This document shows positions 56,819 through 64,000 of a stretch of 64,000 nucleotides of DNA, in pieces. Below the pieces are notes generated by a model. That model made no database searches, was not told where the DNA came from, and saw only the letters and a list, made by a program, of their open reading frames with translations. A program made the position numbers and the translations under genes. The stretch comes from Candidatus Nomurabacteria bacterium. GTDB taxonomy: Bacteria; Patescibacteriota; Saccharimonadia; Saccharimonadales; VXPC01. Position 1 is the first letter of the stretch. Every line of letters starts with the position of its first letter. Location of the stretch: NCBI GenBank assembly GCA_020631905.1, contig JACKGQ010000001.1:613854-677853 (forward strand), given 5' to 3'.

Positions 56819-57616
56819 ATGTTCGAACGTTTTACCGACCGAGCTCGTCGTGCTGTCGTTGACGCTCAAGAAGAGGCACGACTGCTCAACCACTCGTACA
56901 TCGGCACCGAACACCTGCTGATTGGGCTGACATACAACTCATATGCGGATGAAGGTGGTCTTTCTCAGCAAATCATGGCAGCCCTCGGGGCCGACGTTGA
57001 GACACTGAGGGAACAAGCACGCGAAGTATTCGTAAACGACACCCAAGTTAGGGCTGGCTCGCATATCCCGTTTACACCGCGGGCCAAGAAGGTGCTCGAA
57101 CTGTCGCTCCGCGATGCCCTCCAGCTTGGGCACAACTACATCGGCACCGAACACTTGCTGTTGGCGTTGGCGCGTGAAGGCGGTGGCGGAGCTGCCAAAA
57201 TCATGGAGAACCTTGGCATCGACTTCAGGTACGGCTTCATCAAACAAGTTGTCATTTACATGTTGAACCAAAAAACCAGCGCTCGGGTGGCGGTTGCTCA
57301 TGCTGTGAGCGAGAAGATGCAACCAACGCTCACGCCTAGCCAAGCCGCCGAGGTCGACGCAATGGTCGACCGGCTCATGCCCCAGCTCGTCGCTCAGACT
57401 GTTGCCGGACAAGAATCAGTGACAAGTGATGGCAAGCTCGCACGTCTGGTGCTGACGACAATCCAAGACAGCCGTCCTGGAATGATTCGAGTCGAGCCGG
57501 CAGTGCTGGAACTGGTGTTAAGAGCTGTCGAACTCAACCCGAATACAGCCAGCGTTACGACTGGCCAACTGATGGCGATTCTTCAGTCGCCGGAGGCACC
57601 GGGGCTGCAGAAATAG
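56819..57616 (+). CDS. stand-alone ClpC1-like N-terminal domain protein with unique C-terminal extension
   Basis: The sequences MFERFTDRARRAVVDAQEEARLLNHSYIGTEHLLIGL...IPFTPRAKKVLELSLRDALQLGHNYIGTEHLLLALAREGGG are very close, from memory, to the actinobacterial ClpC1 NTD. There is no AAA+ module. Confidence 0.92.
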   Translation: MFERFTDRARRAVVDAQEEARLLNHSYIGTEHLLIGLTYNSYADEGGLSQQIMAALGADVETLREQAREVFVNDTQVRAGSHIPFTPRAKKVLELSLRDALQLGHNYIGTEHLLLALAREGGGGAAKIMENLGIDFRYGFIKQVVIYMLNQKTSARVAVAHAVSEKMQPTLTPSQAAEVDAMVDRLMPQLVAQTVAGQESVTSDGKLARLVLTTIQDSRPGMIRVEPAVLELVLRAVELNPNTASVTTGQLMAILQSPEAPGLQK

Positions 57617-57716
57617 ACAGGATGTAAATCTAGACGCTTCTCGAGGCACCACCAAGCCTTTCGAGACCGTCATAACCCGCTGAGGAAACTCAGCGGGTCT
57701 GTCATTTCAGGCAGAT
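57616..57716 (+). repeat. conserved structured 3' tail, copy 2
   Basis: See copy 1. This copy starts at the G of the stop codon TAG. Confidence 0.9.
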
Positions 57717-57724
57717 TTTGTTTG

Positions 57725-58405
57725 TTAGCTGTGAACGTAGACTAAGCCTAACTCCAGACGGCTCAAGACGGAGGCTGTGACTGCTTGTGTATGATTACGC
57801 TCGCTTAATCTACCAAGCCTAGCTAGATAGGCATATTCAAGCGAATAAATGTCTAGCTCGCTCCTAAGTGCCGATTGGGCTACAATTCTTAGCAGTCGAA
57901 GGCCGGCACGTAGTGTCGAGTGCGAGTCGTATCTCTCGTTAAAGTACATCAAGTCGGCGATAACTTTAGACACATCGATGTATTCGGGATGTTTTGGCTC
58001 GATACGTGTCGAAACCCAGTAATCCTCGACAAGCTGGCGAAGCGTGGTCGTGTCGAAAATCTTAGGGTATGTGCTTGGCATAGCGTCTGTAGCCGACTCA
58101 TCACTGACCATCTCTGTCTCTACTTCGTCGACTATAGGTGGTGTTGGAAAATTAAGACCAGAATCAAGAATTAGTGCCAAGCCGTTATACACCAAGTCTG
58201 GAACAGCTTCTAAAGCGACACGCTCGCGAGCCTCTTCTTGAGCAGCCAGGTTGTTGGCATGGCCTAAAGCCTCGTCGTAGGCCGCAAACTTGCCGACTAT
58301 TTTACCTAGATGGGTGGCAATGTGTACTCTCGGACTATGTGTTTCGGCGTCACGTAAATCGTTTACTCCCAAAAATGCTTTTTGAATTCTGGCCAGTTCG
58401 ACCAT
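57725..58405 (-). CDS. hypothetical protein (helical; function unknown)
   Basis: The ORF is 226 aa from the ATG at 58405, which has a GAGGTGA Shine-Dalgarno. The track's start at 58480 adds a hydrophobic, unlikely extension. Confidence 0.6.
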   Translation of the reverse strand: MVELARIQKAFLGVNDLRDAETHSPRVHIATHLGKIVGKFAAYDEALGHANNLAAQEEARERVALEAVPDLVYNGLALILDSGLNFPTPPIVDEVETEMVSDESATDAMPSTYPKIFDTTTLRQLVEDYWVSTRIEPKHPEYIDVSKVIADLMYFNERYDSHSTLRAGLRLLRIVAQSALRSELDIYSLEYAYLARLGRLSERNHTQAVTASVLSRLELGLVYVHS

Positions 58406-58516
58406 TGTGTACTCACCTCGAAATGACTGTAGTCTTATCATGCAAAAATTATAGGCATAAATAAAACCGACCACAAGCACAAGGGTTATGGTCGGCTAAA
58501 ATTCTTTTTTTGTTTA

Positions 58517-59620
58517 TTACATATCGAAATCGCTAATGTCTGGTATCTGATAATCGTCTAGTCCAAAGCCTGACATTAGGTCTATATATAGCTCACTAAA
58601 TGGTTTAGCATTGCTTGGGGCATCGATATTAACTTGTTTATCTAGGTCGATGTCGAGGGTTAACGTATCTGTGCCTTTGTTGTCGGCAATTTCGACTCGC
58701 TTTAGTTTGCTGCCATCTAGGTAGAAATACAAACTGCTATCATCCGAACCATCTTGGTTGGTTAGACTATTTGTATCGAGCTCTTGCCCAGTACAGTCCG
58801 ACAGAGCCTTGACTACTGGCATATTGGCGACAATATCGTTCAAAAAGGCCTCGGCAGTTGCGTCGTCGGCTGGTTCTAGTTTGTATTTTGGATATTCGGT
58901 GCCATTGACATCGCCTTTGCCATCCGCCGTTACAACAAACAGCGGATTTTTATCGTAGGCGTTCTTAAAGGCCTCACGATCGGCTTGAGCTTGGTCGGAT
59001 GTAAGTAGAGTCGACACGTCGCACTTAGAGGTGTTTTCGCCGAGCAAACTACCAGCTTGATCTAGGTCGATCTGATACCAATTGCCTTCTAGGCCATCAA
59101 GACTGATCGACTCACCCAAGAATGATGTAGCTAGTGACGATAAGCCGGAAGCGTCTTCGAGACTAATATATGTTTTACCATCTACTGCTCTAGCTACTGC
59201 CTTGATCACGAATCCATCTGCACCAAAGCTTAGGCTCACTTCAGCAGCCGAGGCTTGTAAGTTGAAGTCACCAGTCACGGTCACCGACGTATCGGCAGCT
59301 TTTAGGTTAGCAGTGATCTCCATCTGATCGGCATCAACTAGGTCATAAAGGGCTGTCTTGACCTTGTTCTCGGGCTTGTTTGGAACAAGCACCATGTAAT
59401 AGGCTGCAGCTACGCCACCTAGTAGAAACACCAACACTGTCGCCAAAATAACGAATAATTTTTTCTTGCCACCTTTGCTTGTCGGCTCGACCGGTGCGGG
59501 CATAGAAGTCGATGTATCTTCTGTTTTAGGTTGCGCGACATCTGTATGTGGCGATGTATCGCTAGTTGCTTGATTTGTATCTGGAGCCGTAGTTTGCGGC
59601 TCTGGTGTATTTGGATCCAT
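58517..59620 (-). CDS. hypothetical membrane-anchored surface protein
   Basis: The 367-aa ORF has a disordered Pro/Thr-rich N-terminus, one TM helix (LFVILATVLVFLLGGVAAAYYMVL) and an acidic ectodomain. Confidence 0.65.
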   Translation of the reverse strand: MDPNTPEPQTTAPDTNQATSDTSPHTDVAQPKTEDTSTSMPAPVEPTSKGGKKKLFVILATVLVFLLGGVAAAYYMVLVPNKPENKVKTALYDLVDADQMEITANLKAADTSVTVTGDFNLQASAAEVSLSFGADGFVIKAVARAVDGKTYISLEDASGLSSLATSFLGESISLDGLEGNWYQIDLDQAGSLLGENTSKCDVSTLLTSDQAQADREAFKNAYDKNPLFVVTADGKGDVNGTEYPKYKLEPADDATAEAFLNDIVANMPVVKALSDCTGQELDTNSLTNQDGSDDSSLYFYLDGSKLKRVEIADNKGTDTLTLDIDLDKQVNIDAPSNAKPFSELYIDLMSGFGLDDYQIPDISDFDM

Positions 59621-59873
59621 ATTCCCCTCACTATTTATACCTTAAATATATCATAAGCTCTTTTTAGCAAAATGCCTATAGCTTGTTATAATGCTGTTAC
59701 AGATATTGACACTTCGTCACCGTTGTGTCATTATATATGTTGTTTTTTACCAAATTATCGGTCGAAAAACAGCACATTGACAGCGTACGAATAATTCTTA
59801 CTTCTTGCTAAGTATGCCCACGAACAACCCTGTTCATGTGCAGATCGGCAAGATCTAAGAAAGGAATGCCGAC

Positions 59874-60734
59874 ATGACTCACCAAAAGAATTCTGAATCC
59901 CGCGCACTATACGCGCTCATGGTGGTCCTCTTGGTCTGCGTACTCATCTTGGGGCTTATTTCCGCCTTCGGCAGTCCTTGGAGTCAAGCTCAGCCAGCTG
60001 ACGACTATACGTCGTCCGAGTTGTACTCGTTGCAGGTTCAGCAGATCGCCGATCTCAAACAGCAGGTCGAAGACATGCAGCAGCAGATCTCCGAACTCCA
60101 GACCGAGCTCGATAGTACGGCGGTGGGCGTCTTCGACACGCCACCCAGTGACACAGTGGTCACCGCAACCACTATCGACCTCGACGCGGCTTCGCGCGAG
60201 GCATGCATCCACTACCGTGATGATCCGTTCTTTTTGGCCGACTTTTCCGAGGGCTTCGTCTTCGGAGGCGCCGAGTGCACCCCTGGCCACTTCTGGGGCG
60301 TGCTTTGGCCGGCCAACGACACCTATGTCATCACCACGCCCGAAGGGCTTAACTTCGACGATGGGTTTGCCAGTGTCGGGTTCGACGACAACTGGTACGG
60401 CATACCCGCCAGCCTGCGTCATCCGGCCTATGCAGACGCACTAACCCTGGAAGAGCTGACTCAGCTCCCACCAGGGACAATCATCTGCCGACGGACTGGC
60501 AACAACCCCGAACATGCCACAGAGCATGTCTTCTTCGAGGCAAGTCTAGTGGTCTACGAATACGACGGGTCACTTTATCCTCGCTGGACAGACAGTCAGG
60601 GTATGGCCTCGAGCTTGAGCTCGTGGAGCCTCGAAGATGACGGGGTGATCCCATACAGCAACTACACCGATACCGAATGGTACGGCGGCTGGAGTGGGAC
60701 TCGTCTGACACTGGGAAGGTGTAACGCGGTGTAA
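59874..60734 (+). CDS. hypothetical membrane-anchored protein, high GC (likely foreign origin)
   Basis: The 286-aa ORF has an N-terminal TM helix, a Gln-rich coiled coil (QVQQIADLKQQVEDMQQQISELQTELD) and a Trp/Gly/Asp-rich C-terminal domain. A hand-counted sample gives ~67% GC. Two hairpins follow (60741-60769 and 60766-60810). Confidence 0.7.
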   Translation: MTHQKNSESRALYALMVVLLVCVLILGLISAFGSPWSQAQPADDYTSSELYSLQVQQIADLKQQVEDMQQQISELQTELDSTAVGVFDTPPSDTVVTATTIDLDAASREACIHYRDDPFFLADFSEGFVFGGAECTPGHFWGVLWPANDTYVITTPEGLNFDDGFASVGFDDNWYGIPASLRHPAYADALTLEELTQLPPGTIICRRTGNNPEHATEHVFFEASLVVYEYDGSLYPRWTDSQGMASSLSSWSLEDDGVIPYSNYTDTEWYGGWSGTRLTLGRCNAV

Positions 60735-60924
60735 CCAATCAGAGACGAAGCATTCGTACGCTGTCGTCTCACCAGAGTTATCGACATATCGATACTTCTG
60801 GTGAGATTTACTTGAACAAGCAAACTAAAAAAGCTAAAATGCCCTAGCACTTTTTTAGTCTACTCCCCAATTTTTCAAACCATTAAATTTCTAATTTATG
60901 TTTGCAAAATTGAAAGGAATGGTT

Positions 60925-60994
60925 ATGGTCTGCCAAGCCTTGGATTTTGCTACTTGATTGCAAAATCCAGCGCTTGGCAGTCGCCATAGACCAT
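60925..60994. repeat. long imperfect inverted repeat (about 21-bp stem plus 5-bp outer stem) abutting tRNA-Leu
   Basis: The arm CTGCCAAGCCTTGGATTTTGC (60930-60950) pairs with GCAAAATCCAGCGCTTGGCAG (60960-80), and ATGGT (60925-29) pairs with ACCAT (60990-94). Confidence 0.7.
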
Positions 60995-60997
60995 GAC

Positions 60998-61082
60998 GCG
61001 GATGTGGTGGAATTGGTAGACACGCTAGCCTTAGGAGCTAGTGCCGCAAGGCGTGAAGGTTCAAGTCCTTTCATCCGCACCA
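60998..61082 (+). tRNA. tRNA-Leu (anticodon TAG)
   Basis: This is a type II tRNA. The acceptor is GCGGATG/CATCCGC, the anticodon arm is CTAGC-CTTAGGA-GCTAG, the variable arm is long, the T-loop is TTCAAGT and CCA is encoded. Confidence 0.93.
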
Positions 61083-61245
61083 AACTTATGACCGGCTATA
61101 TGCCGGTTTTAAGTTTGATTAGGGTTAAAGATTTGATGAAAACCCTAAGCCGCGAAGGTTAGAAATGCCTGTGGGATTTCGCAAGAGAACCTTTCAGGTT
61201 CAAACTTGTTTGATGCATGAAAGTTCTGGGCCCGCAGAATGTGGG

Positions 61246-61259
61246 CAAGTCCTTTCATC
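61246..61259 (+). pseudogene. 14-nt remnant identical to the T-arm/acceptor 3' part of tRNA-Leu(TAG)
   Basis: caagtcctttcatc repeats 61062-61075. The surrounding sequence (gtgggCAAGTCCTTTCATCatcatca) looks like a decayed tRNA 3' end. Confidence 0.45.
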
Positions 61260-61364
61260 ATCATCAACTTGAACACCAGTTGATAAAACTTGATATTGAT
61301 TTGGCTTTAGTCAAAAAAAATCTAAAGTTCACAATATGTCACACCGGTAGTATATTTAGAGAAT

Positions 61365-61450
61365 GCGGATGTGGCGAAATGGCAGACGCGCTAGCTTCAG
61401 GTGCTAGTGTACGCAAGTACGTGGAGGTTCAAGTCCTCTCATCCGCACCA
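61365..61450 (+). tRNA. tRNA-Leu (anticodon CAG)
   Basis: It has the same acceptor, GCGGATG/CATCCGC. The anticodon arm is CTAGC-TTCAGGT-GCTAG, the variable arm is long and CCA is encoded. Confidence 0.93.
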
Positions 61451-61489
61451 AAATATATTCGATCTAAGACAAGCTTATATCTTATTATC

Positions 61490-62059
61490 TCAACTAGAAG
61501 AGCCGAGATTCATCACAGCCTCTGGTACTAAGTGAGCAATTGGTTGACCATCTATCATACGTTGTCGAACTTCTGTTGAACTAACCTTTATGTTACCAAT
61601 GTCTATCGTGTGAAGTAGTTTTTTTGGGCGATTTAAGCACTTATAACCAACCCGGTTAACTAAGATAAAACTTAGATGATTTAGCAACCACCTACCATGT
61701 CGCCAGTCTAGAATCGTGTTTAGACTGTCTGTCCCAAACACCCAAATAAAATTAATATCAGGATATTCCTTCTTTAACTCTAGAGCAGTGTCGTAGGTTT
61801 CTGTAGGCTTAACGCGGTATAATTCGTCAGTTTTTATCACTATCTTGACGGATGTACTGACTGACGCGGCTAATGCTCTAGCCAGATCAAGCCGCTGTTG
61901 AATATTGGCAGTTATTTGTTTATCTTTCCGGTTGCCACTTAACATTAACCATATTTCTGCTTGTATGTGCTCAGCGTAGCCTGCTAACTGCTGTAAGACT
62001 GCTTGGTGCGCAATGGTCGGAGGATTAAATGCTCCTCCATAGATAATGATGTTTTTCAT
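61490..62059 (-). CDS. nadD: nicotinate-nucleotide adenylyltransferase
   Basis: The N-terminus IIIYGGAFNPPTIAHQ (HxGH-type) and the C-terminal SSTEVRQ match nadD. Confidence 0.9.
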   Translation of the reverse strand: MKNIIIYGGAFNPPTIAHQAVLQQLAGYAEHIQAEIWLMLSGNRKDKQITANIQQRLDLARALAASVSTSVKIVIKTDELYRVKPTETYDTALELKKEYPDINFIWVFGTDSLNTILDWRHGRWLLNHLSFILVNRVGYKCLNRPKKLLHTIDIGNIKVSSTEVRQRMIDGQPIAHLVPEAVMNLGSSS

Positions 62060-62144
62060 AATAATGTGCTTTCTTGTTATTGTATGCTTGACACTATATA
62101 GTAACTAAAATATAATGTCAATATGACACTAAGTAAGGATTATC

Positions 62145-64000
62145 ATGAAAAAATATCTACCCAGCAATAGTTATATTCGCGTTGCCGCTGCCACACCTGT
62201 AGTTGGTCTAGCCGACGTCGAAACAAATGTAAAAAATATTTTAGAGCTTTATGAACTTGCTGCCACACAAGAAGTGTCGATAGTTACCTTCCCCGAGATG
62301 TCCCTAACTGGCTATACAATCGGTGATTTGGTTTCACAAACTCAGTTACTAGAAGACGCCCTAAATGGCTTAAAGCAACTAATGCAGTTTACTAAGGGCT
62401 CAAATACTGCGATAGTTGTCGGTTTGCCAATAATGATTGGCAATGCTCTGTACAATGCGGCAGCTGTACTTGCACGTGGTAACTTGACAGGTATCGTACC
62501 AAAGGTCAACTTACCGACATACAAGGAGTTTTACGATAAACGGTGGTACCAAGCTGGCCCTATCACAGCTTCGGAAATCCAGTTATTTGGAGAGACGGTA
62601 CGCTTTGGTGCCGATCAGCTATTTGAGCTTGATGGCGTAAAATTTGGTATCGAAATCTGTGAAGATGTTTGGGTGCCCGAACAACGCTCGATTAGTTTAG
62701 TAGCAGGAGGTGCTGATTTGATTCTTAATCCGTCGGCCTCACCAGAGCTAGTTACGAAAGCCGATTATCGACAAACGTTAATCGCCAATACGTCTGGGAG
62801 GTTATCTGCCGGCTACATTTACGCTGGAGCCGATCAAAGTGAATCGACCATGGACATCGTGATGAGTGGCCATGCGATGATTTTTGACCAAGCTAGACTC
62901 CTAGCCGAAAGACAGCCATTTTCACAGAATCAACACAGACTAATCTGCGCCGATATAGATATTGATCATATTCGGCACGAACGACGCTTAAATACCAACT
63001 ACCCCGATCGTTTACTACCGATAACAAAACTGCCGCTCAAACGATTTCAGACTAATTACATCCAGGATATCGCGCAGCATGTATTTGTTCCGAACGGAGA
63101 TCAGAAAGAAGTCGACAAGCGCCTAGAAGAAGTTTTTACGATTCAAGCCATAGGCCTAGAGCAGCGGATTATCCCTAGTGGAGTCGAGAGAGTTGTTTTG
63201 GGTCTTTCTGGTGGTTTAGATTCAACGCTTGCACTGCTAGTCGCGATTAGAACTGCAAGATTGCTAAAAAAGAAGCCCCAGGATTTTATTTGCTGTATCG
63301 GCATGCCAGGACTAGCTAGTTCTAAGCGGACTCAAGATAATGCCAAGATGCTTGCCGAGGCACTACAAACAGACTTTAAAAGAATCCCAATCGATAAGTT
63401 AGCCAAAGATCAGCTCCACGCGATTGGGCACAACCTGACCAGCCAGGATATTACTTATGAAAACACTCAGGCTCGTATGCGCACTAGCACCTTGTTTAAC
63501 TATGCCAACCAGTCGAAAGGGCTAGTACTTGGAACTGGTGACTTGAGCGAAATTGCCCTTGGCTGGAGTACCTTTAATGGCGATCATATGTCCGGCTACA
63601 ATGTTAATGCTTCGATCCCAAAGACTTTAGTACGTTCATTGGTCGAGTATGCAAGTCGAGCAGTGATTGCCGACAATCCAGACGCACAAAGCATCTTGCA
63701 AGACATATTAGCCACTCCGATCTCACCCGAACTCACAAAATCTAGTAAAGATCTTGGCCAGAAAACTGAAGAGATTGTTGGTCCGTATGAACTACACGAC
63801 TTTTTCTTGTACTACTTTGTACGCTGGGGTGACTCGGTACAAAAGATTTACTTCTTAGCCTGCATGGCCTTCGAGGGGAAATATACACCAAGCGAGATTA
63901 AAAAGTGGCTTGAGATGTTCTTGAACAGATTCTATAAGAACCAGTGGAAACGCTCGGTTATGCCCGATGGGCCAAAAGTTGGCTCAGTAAGTTTAAGTCC
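62145..64000 (+). CDS. nadE: glutamine-dependent NAD+ synthetase (N-terminal CN-hydrolase + C-terminal synthetase), 3' end beyond window
   Basis: This gene is not in the ORF track because there is no stop in the window. My hand translation is MKKYLPSNSYIRVAAATPVVGLADVETNVKNILELYELAATQEVSIVTFPEMSLTGY..., with the PP-loop VVLGLSGGLDSTLALLV near 63190-63240. Confidence 0.9.
   Translation, partial: MKKYLPSNSYIRVAAATPVVGLADVETNVKNILELYELAATQEVSIVTFPEMSLTGYTIGDLVSQTQLLEDALNGLKQLMQFTKGSNTAIVVGLPIMIGNALYNAAAVLARGNLTGIVPKVNLPTYKEFYDKRWYQAGPITASEIQLFGETVRFGADQLFELDGVKFGIEICEDVWVPEQRSISLVAGGADLILNPSASPELVTKADYRQTLIANTSGRLSAGYIYAGADQSESTMDIVMSGHAMIFDQARLLAERQPFSQNQHRLICADIDIDHIRHERRLNTNYPDRLLPITKLPLKRFQTNYIQDIAQHVFVPNGDQKEVDKRLEEVFTIQAIGLEQRIIPSGVERVVLGLSGGLDSTLALLVAIRTARLLKKKPQDFICCIGMPGLASSKRTQDNAKMLAEALQTDFKRIPIDKLAKDQLHAIGHNLTSQDITYENTQARMRTSTLFNYANQSKGLVLGTGDLSEIALGWSTFNGDHMSGYNVNASIPKTLVRSLVEYASRAVIADNPDAQSILQDILATPISPELTKSSKDLGQKTEEIVGPYELHDFFLYYFVRWGDSVQKIYFLACMAFEGKYTPSEIKKWLEMFLNRFYKNQWKRSVMPDGPKVGSVSLS

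Noticed and set aside
32551-57716. There is an apparent recurrence of AATCTAG/CTAGATT heptamers in intergenic regions. Examples are 38291-38300, 56586-56592, 57627-57633, ~42400, ~40585, ~41030, ~36798 and ~33900.
   Set aside because: About 8 occurrences of any given 7-mer, counting both strands, are expected by chance in 64 kb. I cannot compute enrichment by hand. CTAG-containing words also arise naturally where stop codons cluster in noncoding DNA. I keep it only as a remark.

Overview
This 64-kb fragment reads as a small, moderately AT-rich genome, and my inference is Candidate Phyla Radiation / Patescibacteria, possibly Saccharibacteria-like. Supporting signs are a ribosomal super-operon with no L30 gene, very tight 1-nt TAATG gene overlaps, and a GT4-GH57-GH15 alpha-glucan cluster.

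Gene content by region:
- 0-9.9 kb: envelope and accessory genes (GT2, an orphan histidine kinase, a DUF45 hydrolase, a P-loop kinase, membrane proteins). A tRNA-Trp locus here is disrupted and regenerated around a minimal GIY-YIG ORF, followed by an AT-rich accessory stretch.
- 10-14.3 kb: the alpha-glucan genes.
- 14.3-18.1 kb: rpmG, four tRNAs, an exonuclease, holB and rluD-like.
- 18.2-50.6 kb, all on the minus strand: rpoB-rpoC-rpsL-rpsG-fusA-tuf-rpsJ, the S10/spc/alpha operons, then rplM-rpsI.
- 50.8-55.6 kb: clpP, tig, hisS and a LOG-like gene.
- 55.7-60.8 kb: a GC-heterogeneous island.
- 60.9-64 kb: two tRNA-Leu genes, nadD and nadE (partial).

Most unusual observations:
1. Every normally contiguous junction of the str/S10 operon (rpsL|rpsG, rpsG|fusA, fusA|tuf, tuf|rpsJ, rpsJ|rplC), plus hisS|tig and tig|clpP, carries a co-oriented orphan ORF with no motif I recognise. 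Some are translationally welded to the flanking ribosomal gene.
2. A roughly 760-nt GC-rich, ORF-free unit lies between fusA and tuf. It has its own near-consensus promoter and an intrinsic terminator, so it is a candidate large structured ncRNA.
3. Two tandem cassettes encode stand-alone ClpC1-N-terminal-domain proteins at about 60% GC, which looks actinobacterial. Their about 70-nt leaders and about 101-nt tails are far better conserved than the ORFs, and 11-nt inverted complements bracket each ORF.
4. A truncated tRNA-Trp copy, a GIY-YIG ORF and an intact tRNA-Trp sit in series.

I found no CRISPR array, rRNA, integrase or transposase.
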